Source: a virus
Virus record (IMG/VR): IMGVR_UViG_3300045988_182790
Length of the DNA: 64,000 bases
Direction: 5' to 3' (one strand)
In this document: one piece after another, positions 19,480 to 28,820 of the stretch
How the letters are laid out: each line of letters begins with the position of its first letter
Position numbering within the stretch: the stretch's first letter is position 1
Notes under the pieces: model-generated
What the model was told of the DNA's origin: nothing
Database searches by the model: none
The model's input: only the letters and a program-made list of their open reading frames with translations
Position numbers and translations under genes: made by a program

Positions 19480-19581
19480 AGAATTATCCTTTCCATTTTT
19501 ATTTACAAATAATATGAAATATACAGAAATAAGTCTTTTGCATAAAGAAAAGAGCCTTTATTGGCTCTTCTCTATCTCATT

Positions 19582-20739
19582 TTACTCTGCGTCAGAAACG
19601 TATTCTTCACCATCAGAATCATCTTCTTCTGGAATTGGAATATCTTCACCGCTTTCGTATCTTCGCACCATATCTTCAAGTTCGCCTAAGCAAATCTGAA
19701 CAGTACGTTCTTTGATAGCGGTTTCGGTCTTGCCACTGCCAGCACCAGCATTTACAATGAAGATTTTCATTTCTTCATCACTGCCTCTGGCGTTGATGAT
19801 TGCCTGCTGTTCATCTGTCGGAGTGAGCTTTTCACGTTTTTTTACAACCATTTCCTCTGATTTTGTAGGAACTGGCTTGTAATAGCAAATTGCTCTCTTC
19901 GGACAGTATTTGCAATCCTTTTCCTCATCCATCTCCGATTTTTCATAGCCTGTAGCAAACTTATCGAGCTGTTCAAGGAAAATCTGGTCAAGGTGACTTA
20001 ATGGCTGCGGTATTGGGTTGCCATCATTATCTACAAGATTTGTATAATCCTCAGACAATTCCCTGATTGGAGCATTGTTAAAGTAATCATCATTGATGAT
20101 TAAATCCGTGGACTTGTCTGATGGTTTTTTCATATAATAATATGAAGCAACCACTTTTCTTTTCTCGCCAGCTGGAACAAGCTCTCGAAGTGCCCTGAGC
20201 ATAAGATATAACGGAATTTCGTTTTCCGCATTTCTCTTAGCTCTTGTTGTTGTTCCAAGCTGAGGTAAGCCTTTCTTCGCAACTATGCCTTCGAGTGTTT
20301 TACCATCGTCAAAGATGGCAAGAAAACGCACGGAGATATCGTCTGCTCCCTCAAAGTCGGTTTTTACAAAGTCAGATATATCCAACTTAATTGGATTTTC
20401 TGCTTCCATAACGGCGACTTTTACACCTCTGTTATTACCGACAATTCGCTTCTCCGACTTCATGTAACGAAGAAGGCACTTTGCAAATGCTCTTTCATAG
20501 CTTTGCTGAGTTACATCAATATCATCAATTTCAACGTAACTTTCAGCGATGATTTTTTGCAAATCATCAAGGTCTTTTACCTGAAAGTCGCTCTTAAGAA
20601 AATCTCTTAAAATGCCATTCATTATAACAGCTTCATCGAGATGGCGATTTGCCCTTGTAGCTGTTTTCTGAATGCCTTCTCCTTTCTGATGTTCTACACA
20701 GGCAGCTTCTCTATCGAAGCTTGATAATGTCATCCCCAT
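19582..20739 (-). CDS. PD-(D/E)xK/Cas4-like nuclease domain fused to UvrD helicase N-terminal motifs (Q + Walker A)
   Basis: C-terminal FIVNAGAGSGKTETAI matches UvrD motif I, preceded by TDEQQAIIN (Q-motif-like). Upstream Cys cluster CKYCPKRAICYY resembles the RecB/Cas4 Fe-S motif. The ORF ends about 35 aa after the P-loop. Confidence 0.6.
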   Translation of the reverse strand: MGMTLSSFDREAACVEHQKGEGIQKTATRANRHLDEAVIMNGILRDFLKSDFQVKDLDDLQKIIAESYVEIDDIDVTQQSYERAFAKCLLRYMKSEKRIVGNNRGVKVAVMEAENPIKLDISDFVKTDFEGADDISVRFLAIFDDGKTLEGIVAKKGLPQLGTTTRAKRNAENEIPLYLMLRALRELVPAGEKRKVVASYYYMKKPSDKSTDLIINDDYFNNAPIRELSEDYTNLVDNDGNPIPQPLSHLDQIFLEQLDKFATGYEKSEMDEEKDCKYCPKRAICYYKPVPTKSEEMVVKKREKLTPTDEQQAIINARGSDEEMKIFIVNAGAGSGKTETAIKERTVQICLGELEDMVRRYESGEDIPIPEEDDSDGEEYVSDAE

Positions 20740-20936
20740 ATCTTTTTCCTGCTACTCAAAATGTGATTAAATATACTCATCACATCGAGAAATTGTAAGT
20801 TCTCACGAACATTACTTACTGCTTCATCGTGTATGTTCTCGATTGGATAAATCCATATCTACTAACAGGTTCTTGTACACTCCACAGTCGTTAATTCCTG
20901 CGATAGCCCGCAGTACATACTTACGTTTGCGTTTAA

Positions 20937-22115
20937 TTATGCAACTTCGTAAGTTATAGCGTCTCTCAAATTAAGACTTGCATTGAAATCCCTATCTTCA
21001 ACATAGCCACATTTACATCTGTAAACTCTATCTGAAAGCTTTAAATCTTTCTTGATACAGCCACAGCAATGACAAGTTTTTGAAGATGGATAAAATCTAT
21101 CTACAATTCTTAATTCAATACCATTATCATCGCATTTAGCTTTAAGCTTTGTTCTAAACTCATAGAATTTCTGCGATGCAACAGCTTTTGAAAGATGTCT
21201 GTTCTTCATCATTCCTGATACATTCAAATCTTCAATCGTTATGTAAGATGGCTTGGTTTTCACTATCTCAGCGATTGTTTTATTGATATAATCGGTACGG
21301 ATATTATCCATTTTATGATGAAGTTTCTGTACTTTGAGCTTTTGTTTCTGTATATTCGCTCTTTGAGTAGTCTCTCCTTTCTTTAAATTTTCATATTTAC
21401 GAGAAAGACTTCTCTGTTCTCGAATTAATTGTTTTTCCAGTTTCTTAACTTTGCCAGACTTGTTAATGTTCTTGTATTTTTTGCCATCAGAAATGATAGC
21501 AAAGTCCTTCAATCCAAGGTCAATTCCAATTCCTTCATTCGAATTATTGGCAATTTCAGGATTAGGTATTTCTACAAGAACAGATACATAATATCTACCA
21601 GCTTTTATTGAAACTGAACCGCTTTTTATCACATAACCATCTTTTGTCGTTGGGATGTATCCTTTTTCTTTGATACGCACCCAGCCAAGCGTTGGTATGT
21701 TAATTCTATGTCTTTCGCAATAACAATCTTTTGGATTATTTTTGACGAAATACATTTTCACATCGGACTTGTCTTTCTTTTTAAATTTTGGAAAGGCTGC
21801 TTGATGCTTAAAAAATTTTGTAAAAGCGGTACACCCATTTTCGATTGAGCGTTTTACAGACTTTGAGCTAACTTCTTTAATCCAAGAATATTCAGGATGA
21901 TTTGGAAGATATTCGTTGTTAAGCCAAACACTAAATGACTTACCACTCATAAACTTTTCACCTTTTGAGTAAAGCTCTTTGTTGTGAGCAAGATAGAAAT
22001 TGTAAACATATCTACAGGTTCCTATTGTCTTGTTAATTTTGACCTTTTGCTCTTCTGTTGGATTGATTTCTGTCTTGAAGCTCTTTAACTTTGTTGACTT
22101 GTTCATATTTTTCAC
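20937..22115 (-). CDS. tnpB: TnpB (OrfB_IS605, RuvC-like + zinc finger)
   Basis: C-terminal CHCCGC...CKCG zinc finger and DRDFNASLNL RuvC-III motif. Class-A motif at 22149-22161. Confidence 0.8.
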   Translation of the reverse strand: MKNMNKSTKLKSFKTEINPTEEQKVKINKTIGTCRYVYNFYLAHNKELYSKGEKFMSGKSFSVWLNNEYLPNHPEYSWIKEVSSKSVKRSIENGCTAFTKFFKHQAAFPKFKKKDKSDVKMYFVKNNPKDCYCERHRINIPTLGWVRIKEKGYIPTTKDGYVIKSGSVSIKAGRYYVSVLVEIPNPEIANNSNEGIGIDLGLKDFAIISDGKKYKNINKSGKVKKLEKQLIREQRSLSRKYENLKKGETTQRANIQKQKLKVQKLHHKMDNIRTDYINKTIAEIVKTKPSYITIEDLNVSGMMKNRHLSKAVASQKFYEFRTKLKAKCDDNGIELRIVDRFYPSSKTCHCCGCIKKDLKLSDRVYRCKCGYVEDRDFNASLNLRDAITYEVA

Positions 22116-22237
22116 CTCCTTTGATTATTTTTTTATCAACACATTTTTAATATGAGATTTGAAAATAAAATAAGGCTACTAAAAAACAATGTCATTAAGT
22201 ATTTTTTGGTAATCGACTGCCTGATATGTCTAAAATT

Positions 22238-22330
22238 ATTATAAATACTATGTTCTATATAATTTAGACATCCCGACGCTGTAATGTTTTGACGGAAACA
22301 CCTAGTAATTCAGCAAAATCTTTTGGTTTA
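22238..22330 (-). pseudogene. IS607-type tnpA (serine recombinase) 5' remnant, 30 codons
   Basis: MNTSNIINYKPKDFAELLGVSVKTLQRRDV* is a MerR-like HTH typical of IS607 TnpA N-termini and stops prematurely. Confidence 0.5.
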
Positions 22331-22560
22331 TAATTTATGATATTTGATGTATTCATATATATACCTCCATGAGTATGTGTGAACACATTTAGTCACATCT
22401 GACAATATTTTTAATTACTTAGCGTTTCCTCCTTTATTATTTTGTTCAATATGGTCTAAAAGAATATGAGATTTGCAAATAAAAATGGCTCAAAACGCTC
22501 TAGAAACGCTTTAAGCCACTTTTTTATTGTTTAGTCCTCCAAGCAAAACTAAACAATTGT

Positions 22561-22637
22561 GAGTACCAGTCGGACTCGAACCGACATCTGCAAAGGGAAT
22601 GAACCTTTATACCCTACCATTGGATGATGGATACTCT
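22561..22637 (-). tRNA. tRNA-like element (CAT anticodon, Met/Ile2-like), imperfect cloverleaf
   Basis: Acceptor GAGTATC/GGTACTC (7 bp). T-arm GTCGG-TTCGAGT-CCGAC. Anticodon arm AAAGG-TTCATTC-CCTTT. D-arm ATCC-AATGGTA-GGGT. There are 1-2 extra nt at several junctions and T at position 37, so it may be a pseudo-tRNA. Confidence 0.35.
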
Positions 22638-22639
22638 GA

Positions 22640-22795
22640 AAGTTATGAAAAGATTTGTTCGAGAGCTATCCGACCTTTAGCTCTCGAAAGGTGCTATTCG
22701 GGTGTGAGCCGATGTTGTGTAAGCCTTATGTCCATCTTAGCACCTAAAGTAAGGAAATTATTATGAAACTATAATATATATGAAATATGAAAAAT
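22640..22795 (-). ncRNA. putative structured leader/ncRNA upstream of the tRNA-like element
   Basis: Class-A-like motif TTTCATATTTCATATAT at about 22780 followed by two hairpins (AGGTGCTA...TAGCACCT and GAGAGCT...AGCTCTC). No ORF longer than 13 codons. Confidence 0.25.
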
Positions 22796-22799
22796 AAGA

Positions 22800-23615
22800 C
22801 TAATACATTGTGTGTTCGGCAAGCATTGCATTTGAAATCGTGCTATGTTCAAATCCAAATTCTTCTAACATATTTTGTACATATGTATTATTCGTCTCGA
22901 TAACATATTTGTTGTTTATCTTATGGTATCTACACGTTTTTTCAAAATCATCCATTGAGATTGCATCAAACCATTTATGAAATATGGTTTTTGATTTAGT
23001 TTCGTATAACTGAGGCAGATTTTTAGCGAGTTCATCTAACTCTTTAAAAGAATCAGTTATGATTTCATCTAAAGTTTCCCTATCAGTTTTTAATACATCA
23101 TTGGTAATTTCTTTGATTATATCGCTTAATTGAGTAGGTACTTCTAAGTTTTGTTCAGTAAAATAACTGAAACAAGCGAATAATTGCGCAGCAAGAATGC
23201 TCTTTGTAAAAGTGTCGTCACAATTTTCTCTGTAATCTTTTATTAAATACATAGAGTCACTCTTTACTGCGCCAGGACTTGTCTGTCCGTATGCAAAAGC
23301 GATATTAAGTGCCCATTGGTTTGATTCATTTTCATCATAGTCTTCTTCAAAGAAATTAAAGTCATCTTCAAAATCATCTTCAAAATAATCATTGAAATAC
23401 TTTGCGTCCTGAATAAAAGTGAACGTTTGGAGACTTGAATATAATTTGTCTGCCATTCTAAGCATTGGCGAACAATCATATATTGAATCAATAATTGCTC
23501 CAACAGGGAAGTTGTTAAATTGGTTAATATCAATTTGCCTAACTAATTCTTCTGGAAGTTCGTCTTGATTAATTATGCAGTTGTAATGTCTTACATCCAA
23601 TTTACAAACGTTCAT
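22800..23615 (-). CDS. hypothetical acidic protein (271 aa)
   Basis: Intact ORF with D/E/F-rich segment FEDDFEDDFNFFEEDYDE. Confidence 0.45.
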   Translation of the reverse strand: MNVCKLDVRHYNCIINQDELPEELVRQIDINQFNNFPVGAIIDSIYDCSPMLRMADKLYSSLQTFTFIQDAKYFNDYFEDDFEDDFNFFEEDYDENESNQWALNIAFAYGQTSPGAVKSDSMYLIKDYRENCDDTFTKSILAAQLFACFSYFTEQNLEVPTQLSDIIKEITNDVLKTDRETLDEIITDSFKELDELAKNLPQLYETKSKTIFHKWFDAISMDDFEKTCRYHKINNKYVIETNNTYVQNMLEEFGFEHSTISNAMLAEHTMY

Positions 23616-23632
23616 AGGCGTCCTTTCTGCTT

Positions 23633-24367
23633 CTAATAGATGATTTTATCAACCTTTTTGTTGTAGCCATCCTTTATAGAAGCCATTAATAGATTTGCAT
23701 TCTGTGCAATGCCATCTGCAACTTCTGTTCCATATATAGCCTTGATTTTCTTAAGACCTTCGTTTACATCATTGCTTTCTGCAAATATCTTTGCTGTCTT
23801 AGGAAGGATTTCGTCTCTATCCTCGCCCTTATACTTACACATAGTCATGTAAAAGCTTTCGCTACTATCATCCATCCAGATAACTGTTGGTTCAGGTTTC
23901 TTTTCTGGCATTTTTACAGCCTTTGATGGTTCCTTAGCTAATTTCTCAACTGGCTCATCAATTGGCTTTTTAATTGGTTCCTTAACCACCTTTTCAACCA
24001 CATTTTCTTTCTGTTTATCCATTTTTACTTTTGTCTGCTTAGTTGCAGTTACCCTTGGTGTACGTGGTTTCTTCGGTTTCTCCTGAGGAGATATAAGTTT
24101 CTTTACTGTTGCTGGAATACTGACTGCAGAAATGAATTCTACTTTTTCAGATACGTGCCTGCCTAAATAAAAACACATCTCTTCTGGAGAGTCAGCGATG
24201 ATAATATCCATATTTACTTTTTTATCTGAGATAGCTTTGCATAACTCAATTGAAACGTTCTCACCCTTCTTACAAAAGATTAGCACATTGTCCTCATCTC
24301 CAACTTTTGTTAGCGCATCTATATCTTTAACTGCAAGTTTTGATAATTCACCGATATATGTTTTCAC
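23633..24367 (-). CDS. hypothetical protein with K/P/E-rich linker (244 aa)
   Basis: Intact ORF, probably a GTG start. Class-B motif CATATAGTGGGCAAAA at 24385-24400 upstream. Confidence 0.45.
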   Translation of the reverse strand: MKTYIGELSKLAVKDIDALTKVGDEDNVLIFCKKGENVSIELCKAISDKKVNMDIIIADSPEEMCFYLGRHVSEKVEFISAVSIPATVKKLISPQEKPKKPRTPRVTATKQTKVKMDKQKENVVEKVVKEPIKKPIDEPVEKLAKEPSKAVKMPEKKPEPTVIWMDDSSESFYMTMCKYKGEDRDEILPKTAKIFAESNDVNEGLKKIKAIYGTEVADGIAQNANLLMASIKDGYNKKVDKIIY

Positions 24368-24502
24368 GTTTATCCCTCACTTTCTTCTTTTACTCATATA
24401 GTGGGCAAAAAGTGAGATTTATACAACGAAAATTGCTTATTTTTCTTCCAAATTTCATATTCCTTATATCTAAAAAATTTAATATTGAATGGAGGAAAAA
24501 TT

Positions 24503-24709
24503 ATGATATTTTATAACAAAATTGAGAACTCTACACCACTTATAAAAATGGCGTTAAAAGTTAATCTAGTAGATGAATACAACAAATTAAATGCGCCAAC
24601 GGATATTGTTAGTGGAAAAATAACAAAAGTACTTATAAGCCATGGTTTTGCTGACAATAATTATGGTATTACAAAAAGTGATTTAGAGCAAATTATTAAA
24701 ATTCTTTAA
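24503..24709 (+). CDS. small protein, paralog family S (68 aa)
   Basis: ATG at 24503 after GGAGGAAAAATT. C-terminus HGFADNNYGITKSDLEQIIKIL is paralogous to 37221-37439 (WGFADKNFAVTRKDLEQILKMIG). Confidence 0.5.
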   Translation: MIFYNKIENSTPLIKMALKVNLVDEYNKLNAPTDIVSGKITKVLISHGFADNNYGITKSDLEQIIKIL

Positions 24710-24738
24710 TCAAAAATGGGAGATGTTATTCTCCCATT
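24710..24738. terminator. bidirectional terminator between convergent paralog-module genes
   Basis: AATGGGAGAtgttaTTCTCCCATT followed by T6. Confidence 0.5.
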
Positions 24739-25334
24739 TTTTCATAAATAAAATCAATTGTATCAGCATTAACCATTATATTGCAAAAATAGCAAAGGCT
24801 AATAATGTACATCGAACAAACATCTTTTTGTTCAAACTTCTCCTTCATTAAAGTTAATACTGCAGCAAATGTTTTTACTAATTCCTCTTTGCACTCTATA
24901 ATGTCCGCATCTAATGAAAAGCTTAATAATGGTAGTATGGGAATTGTAGGGCCAGCTTTATTAATTCCATCCTCTGTTGCGCCAATTTTTCCCATATTAT
25001 CTGAAAAAATAAGAATTACTTCTGCGATTTCTTTTGATAAATAAGCAATTTTTTCTCTATCTGTTTCTTTGCTTAGTTGGGTGTTTAATTCTTCCAGTCT
25101 GTTTAAAGTATTTTCAATATCTTGAAATACATCACCTGTTGAAAATAATCCCTTTTTCCAACGTTCTATTCTAATATCTGTCTCTTCTACTGGCAAAGAT
25201 AAAACATCATGCAATGCATCTATAAAATCTGTGTCACCACTACCTTCTTTATTTAGGTCTTTTATTTCACTTTTTCTGAGCTTGTGTAAAATTTCTTTTC
25301 TCTTTTCGCGGACTTCTTTTTCACTATATTCCAT
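24726..25334 (-). CDS. paralog family L protein (about 200 aa; track ORF extends to 25547)
   Basis: Likely start MEYSEKEV (ATG at 25334) after GAGGTGGAGAT. Shares KSEIKDLNKEGSGDTDFIDALHD and RWKKGLFS blocks with the 37480-38049 and 57289-57867 proteins. Confidence 0.5.
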   Translation of the reverse strand: MEYSEKEVREKRKEILHKLRKSEIKDLNKEGSGDTDFIDALHDVLSLPVEETDIRIERWKKGLFSTGDVFQDIENTLNRLEELNTQLSKETDREKIAYLSKEIAEVILIFSDNMGKIGATEDGINKAGPTIPILPLLSFSLDADIIECKEELVKTFAAVLTLMKEKFEQKDVCSMYIISLCYFCNIMVNADTIDFIYEKMGE

Positions 25335-25463
25335 ATCTCCACCTCTTTTTGTGTTCCTATTAATATTGTGGGCATTTTTTCGCGATAATTCAATGCTTAT
25401 TTTTCTTCCAAATTTCATATTCCTTATATCTAAAAAATTTAATATTGAATGGAGGAAATTATT

Positions 25464-25985
25464 ATGAGAATTGACACAATTAAAGGTATTATTGATGGGT
25501 TTTGCTATGCATCTATCGAGATGGAAGGCGGACACATCTCTCGTCACATTAAGTGTGAGGATGGATTTCTTATTGACAGGATTTTGTCAGAAAGAAAAGA
25601 GTTGGCAACGACATTTGATTGCAGTTCTGATGAGGCGGTTGAGCTTATCAAAACAGCTTGTCTTGACGAAGAATGGCAAATGCCAGAATGCATTAAAGAA
25701 TGGTTGGATGATGAGTCTGACCGTGATGATTATGCTTTCGATTTTGATTTTGACCATGTAATAGGGCATGGCTTCTTCAAAAAGGGATGGCATGACTGGA
25801 ACTCAGGCGTCGCCTACTGTTCTCGACTCACCGTGGTGTTAAGAAAGGTTGAACTCCGCGACGGAAGTGACACTTTTCGTGTTTATTCTGCTTATCCGAC
25901 AGTTACAGAGGAAGATATAGAGCGAACAAAGGCTCAGTCTATTAATGCAATGAATGTCAGGGCTGTTAGATATGCAATAGCTTAA
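25464..25985 (+). CDS. hypothetical acidic protein (174 aa)
   Basis: ATG at 25464 after GGAGGAAATTATT. Its promoter/RBS region is a 65-nt copy of the one in front of 24503. Confidence 0.5.
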   Translation: MRIDTIKGIIDGFCYASIEMEGGHISRHIKCEDGFLIDRILSERKELATTFDCSSDEAVELIKTACLDEEWQMPECIKEWLDDESDRDDYAFDFDFDHVIGHGFFKKGWHDWNSGVAYCSRLTVVLRKVELRDGSDTFRVYSAYPTVTEEDIERTKAQSINAMNVRAVRYAIA

Positions 25986-26012
25986 TCACACTAGGAGGGG
26001 TTAATATCCCTC

Positions 26013-26297
26013 CTATTTTCTTGGGAAAAGCTGGAGCTTTGCAGGAATAATTTCCACATTATTTTTGTCAGCAACCTTTTTGTCAATCATCTCTTTTGGT
26101 GCACCATTTTCGAGGTCAAAGGATTTAATTGGTTTTGGGCTTCTATGAATTATCCAGCCATATCCATCTCTTGTTGTGTCTTTTTCTATAACAAGATTCC
26201 AGTTTGGATGAAGCTTTCTGTATTCCTCGATATTAATGCTTGGCTTTCTTGTTATTTTGAAATCGTTTTTACTCATTTTTCCATTTTCCTTTCTCAT
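26013..26297 (-). CDS. hypothetical protein (94 aa)
   Basis: Intact ORF in minus-strand array. Confidence 0.4.
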   Translation of the reverse strand: MRKENGKMSKNDFKITRKPSINIEEYRKLHPNWNLVIEKDTTRDGYGWIIHRSPKPIKSFDLENGAPKEMIDKKVADKNNVEIIPAKLQLFPRK

Positions 26298-26803
26298 AAT
26301 AAAGAATACGCTACAACAAATGCTCGTTCAAGCAAGTGTTATAGCGTGTCCTCTTGTTATGATATATATTTGTAAAGGAGGTTATGTCAGAAACAATTTA
26401 TTTGTTTCTATACCTATATAGTGGGCATGACGTGGAAAATATTCAACATTATTTATACCTTTAACTTCATTTGTCGAATTTAACAATTTATCACCATTAT
26501 TTGTTTTTACTAGATATATTATTTTATCTTCCGTTTCTTTGTAAAAAATATCTGTAGATATATTTTCTAAATGCTCTACGTTTGTTTGCTATTTAATTTT
26601 TATTTACAAAAGTTCAGTTTAACCCACAATGAACTTCTTCTATAATCGTATAATTCTTACTTGTTGTAGGAGTAAATTCGATTTTATAATCTTCCTTTTT
26701 ATTTGCTTTTGCTATCCATACACTACACTTTTTTTTATTTGCAAATTCTTGTGCATTGTGCTTTGCCAAAGAATAAAACTTCATTTTCTACCTCACTAAA
26801 AGC

Positions 26804-27061
26804 TTATTTTTTCCTTTCTGTTAAATCAGCTAAATCTTTATTTAGACTTTTCTTAATATATGTATCTGAATAATCTTTTCCAACTAATTTAACAACATAC
26901 TCTGATGTGTCAAATAATCTTTTTTGAACATCATCACATAACCATTGTCCTGGATATGCTGGGCAATTATTCCCTAAAATATCTTTTAATTTAAATGGCT
27001 TATCAGTTGCAATATTCTTGATATACTCACTCGCTGTTTTTTCAAAAGTTGATTTATCCAT
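26804..27061 (-). CDS. hypothetical protein (85 aa)
   Basis: Intact ORF. Confidence 0.4.
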   Translation of the reverse strand: MDKSTFEKTASEYIKNIATDKPFKLKDILGNNCPAYPGQWLCDDVQKRLFDTSEYVVKLVGKDYSDTYIKKSLNKDLADLTERKK

Positions 27062-27237
27062 AATAATCTCTCTTCCTGCTAGTCATAATCAAGCGTTACA
27101 TTTCCATACATATTTATAAATGGACATTCGATGTCTTTAACTTGATTATCAGGAACATCCACAAGAACTATTGCTTTCATTTCATTACCTTCACTTTCAC
27201 TATCTCACGTTTTTTATATGAAACCTATATTCAATGT

Positions 27238-27462
27238 CTATTTTACAAGTCTTACATCTTCCAATTCACTAAAGAAGAATCCAGCTTCACCAGTTCCATC
27301 CGTTAATGTACACGAAATACTATTTTCTGTCATGTCATAAATATCTCCAATATATCGTTCTCCGTTGTTTGCTATAAGTTCTACTCTATCACCGACAACG
27401 ACTGAAACTCCATTCGATAATACATAACAATGTTTTGCTTCTTTCATTTTTATTTCCTCCAA
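27238..27462 (-). CDS. hypothetical protein (74 aa)
   Basis: Intact ORF with RBS. Confidence 0.4.
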   Translation of the reverse strand: MEEIKMKEAKHCYVLSNGVSVVVGDRVELIANNGERYIGDIYDMTENSISCTLTDGTGEAGFFFSELEDVRLVK

Positions 27463-27476
27463 TTCATTCGTTGCTT

Positions 27477-27725
27477 CTATATTATAGTCATACTCACAAT
27501 TTTAGGATTTTTCATTGTTCTACAACTACCAATATTCATATCATAATATTCTTCATCCTCATTAAGAATTATGATTGCTCCGCTATCCCTACTATCGTTT
27601 TCCTGAACAATGATTTCATTAATATATTTATCAGTGGTCTTAATACCATCCTCTTCTTCAATTTGAATTTCCTTAATTGCATCCTCGTCAATTTCCACTT
27701 CTAAAACAATCTGTAATTTCTTCAT
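27477..27725 (-). CDS. hypothetical acidic protein (82 aa)
   Basis: Intact ORF, E/D-rich. Confidence 0.4.
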   Translation of the reverse strand: MKKLQIVLEVEIDEDAIKEIQIEEEDGIKTTDKYINEIIVQENDSRDSGAIIILNEDEEYYDMNIGSCRTMKNPKIVSMTII

Positions 27726-27756
27726 AATATCAATCTCCTTTTCTTATATAAAACTA

Positions 27757-28083
27757 TTACTTTATTGCCGTTAAATTATTATTGTAAATTTCTTTCCATC
27801 TATCGCCATCAGGAATATTGTTAAAATTGTCTGCATTTGCTTCAAATAATTTTTCTATAGTTCTGTATTCTGCACAATACATACATAAGATTGGTGCATA
27901 ATCATCTAATGTTTCAAAAGCATATGCATACGAATCTTCGTCATATACAATCATTCCTTTTAATTCTTCAACTTCCTCTTTCCTTTTAGGTCTTTGTAAC
28001 TTAATATCAAAGCTGCAAATATCACCGCACTGTAATTTATGCCCATATTTATCTGTTCCAATAATTAAATTAGGTATAATCAT
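27757..28083 (-). CDS. hypothetical protein (108 aa)
   Basis: Intact ORF. Class-B variant CCTACTATATTAA upstream (28153-28167 on the + strand). Confidence 0.45.
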   Translation of the reverse strand: MIIPNLIIGTDKYGHKLQCGDICSFDIKLQRPKRKEEVEELKGMIVYDEDSYAYAFETLDDYAPILCMYCAEYRTIEKLFEANADNFNNIPDGDRWKEIYNNNLTAIK

Positions 28084-28186
28084 AATATCAATCTCCTTTC
28101 AAAAAGCCCATAAATCAATCAATCAATAACTTTTTCCTTTTGTTTTTCTATTAATATAGTAGGCATATCATTACAAATATTCAATA

Positions 28187-28705
28187 TTATTTTGCCAATT
28201 TCTCTAAGCCATCAATATTGCAGAAAATATGTGCATTATCTTGAAGATATAAGCAAAATCTTCTATCTAATAATTCATAATCTTTATTTTTATCTGCATC
28301 ACGTAGCGCTTCAAGCTGAGTTTGCAAATAAGTAATGACAATATTCAATCGTGAAATCAAATCGGACATATTACAGACATCTTTATTGAGTGGTTCCAAC
28401 TCACAATGACCGATTGAGAAATTTCTATAACCTTTTCCTGTTGTGGCTAATATGTTAGCTATAACCATAGAAAAAGCCGACTGCCAGGCTAATATATTGG
28501 CCGCAATATCAAAGAATGTATTTATATCAACAGTATTGTTTTTGATGCAGTTCTTTAAGGAATAGATGATTTGTTCAAATTCATCTATTTCCTTTGTGAC
28601 CTTTTCTTCAATGGATAAATTGTTGTTGAGTAATTTGTTTTTCCATTCGTTTTCTTTGTCTGATGTTGCAACCATTTTTACCTCTTTATAAGCAAATAGT
28701 ATCAT
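28187..28705 (-). CDS. hypothetical protein (172 aa)
   Basis: Intact ORF. Confidence 0.45.
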   Translation of the reverse strand: MILFAYKEVKMVATSDKENEWKNKLLNNNLSIEEKVTKEIDEFEQIIYSLKNCIKNNTVDINTFFDIAANILAWQSAFSMVIANILATTGKGYRNFSIGHCELEPLNKDVCNMSDLISRLNIVITYLQTQLEALRDADKNKDYELLDRRFCLYLQDNAHIFCNIDGLEKLAK

Positions 28706-28820
28706 CTTTATGATACTACATTTTGTATCATCTTGGCGATACTATTTTGGAAAAGTGTTAATGAATAACGATAGCGAAAAAAAATAAGGCCCACAAGCAG
28801 ATACTTGCAGGCCTTTGAGT

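Larger units (their letters stand above)
20770..22400 (-). mobile_element. IS607/IS605-family insertion sequence (tnpA remnant + tnpB)
   Basis: tnpB ORF plus a 30-aa MerR-HTH tnpA N-terminal remnant. Subterminal hairpin CTGCGatagccCGCAG in the 3' (ωRNA/right-end) region. Left-end sequence repeated at 58010-58170. Confidence 0.65.

Noticed and set aside
17584-19581. Split intein or group II intron explanation for the split UvrD gene.
   Set aside because: No Cys/Ser-initiated intein blocks or terminal HN at the junctions. The insert has independently promoted genes (lipoprotein and a 63-aa ORF) and no intron-encoded protein motifs or group II domain V.
22555-22800. tmRNA.
   Set aside because: Only a 77-nt tRNA-like unit is present. 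There is no tag-peptide reading frame ending in a hydrophobic ALAA-type tag, and an upstream tRNA-like 5' half would fall inside the 22800-23615 gene.
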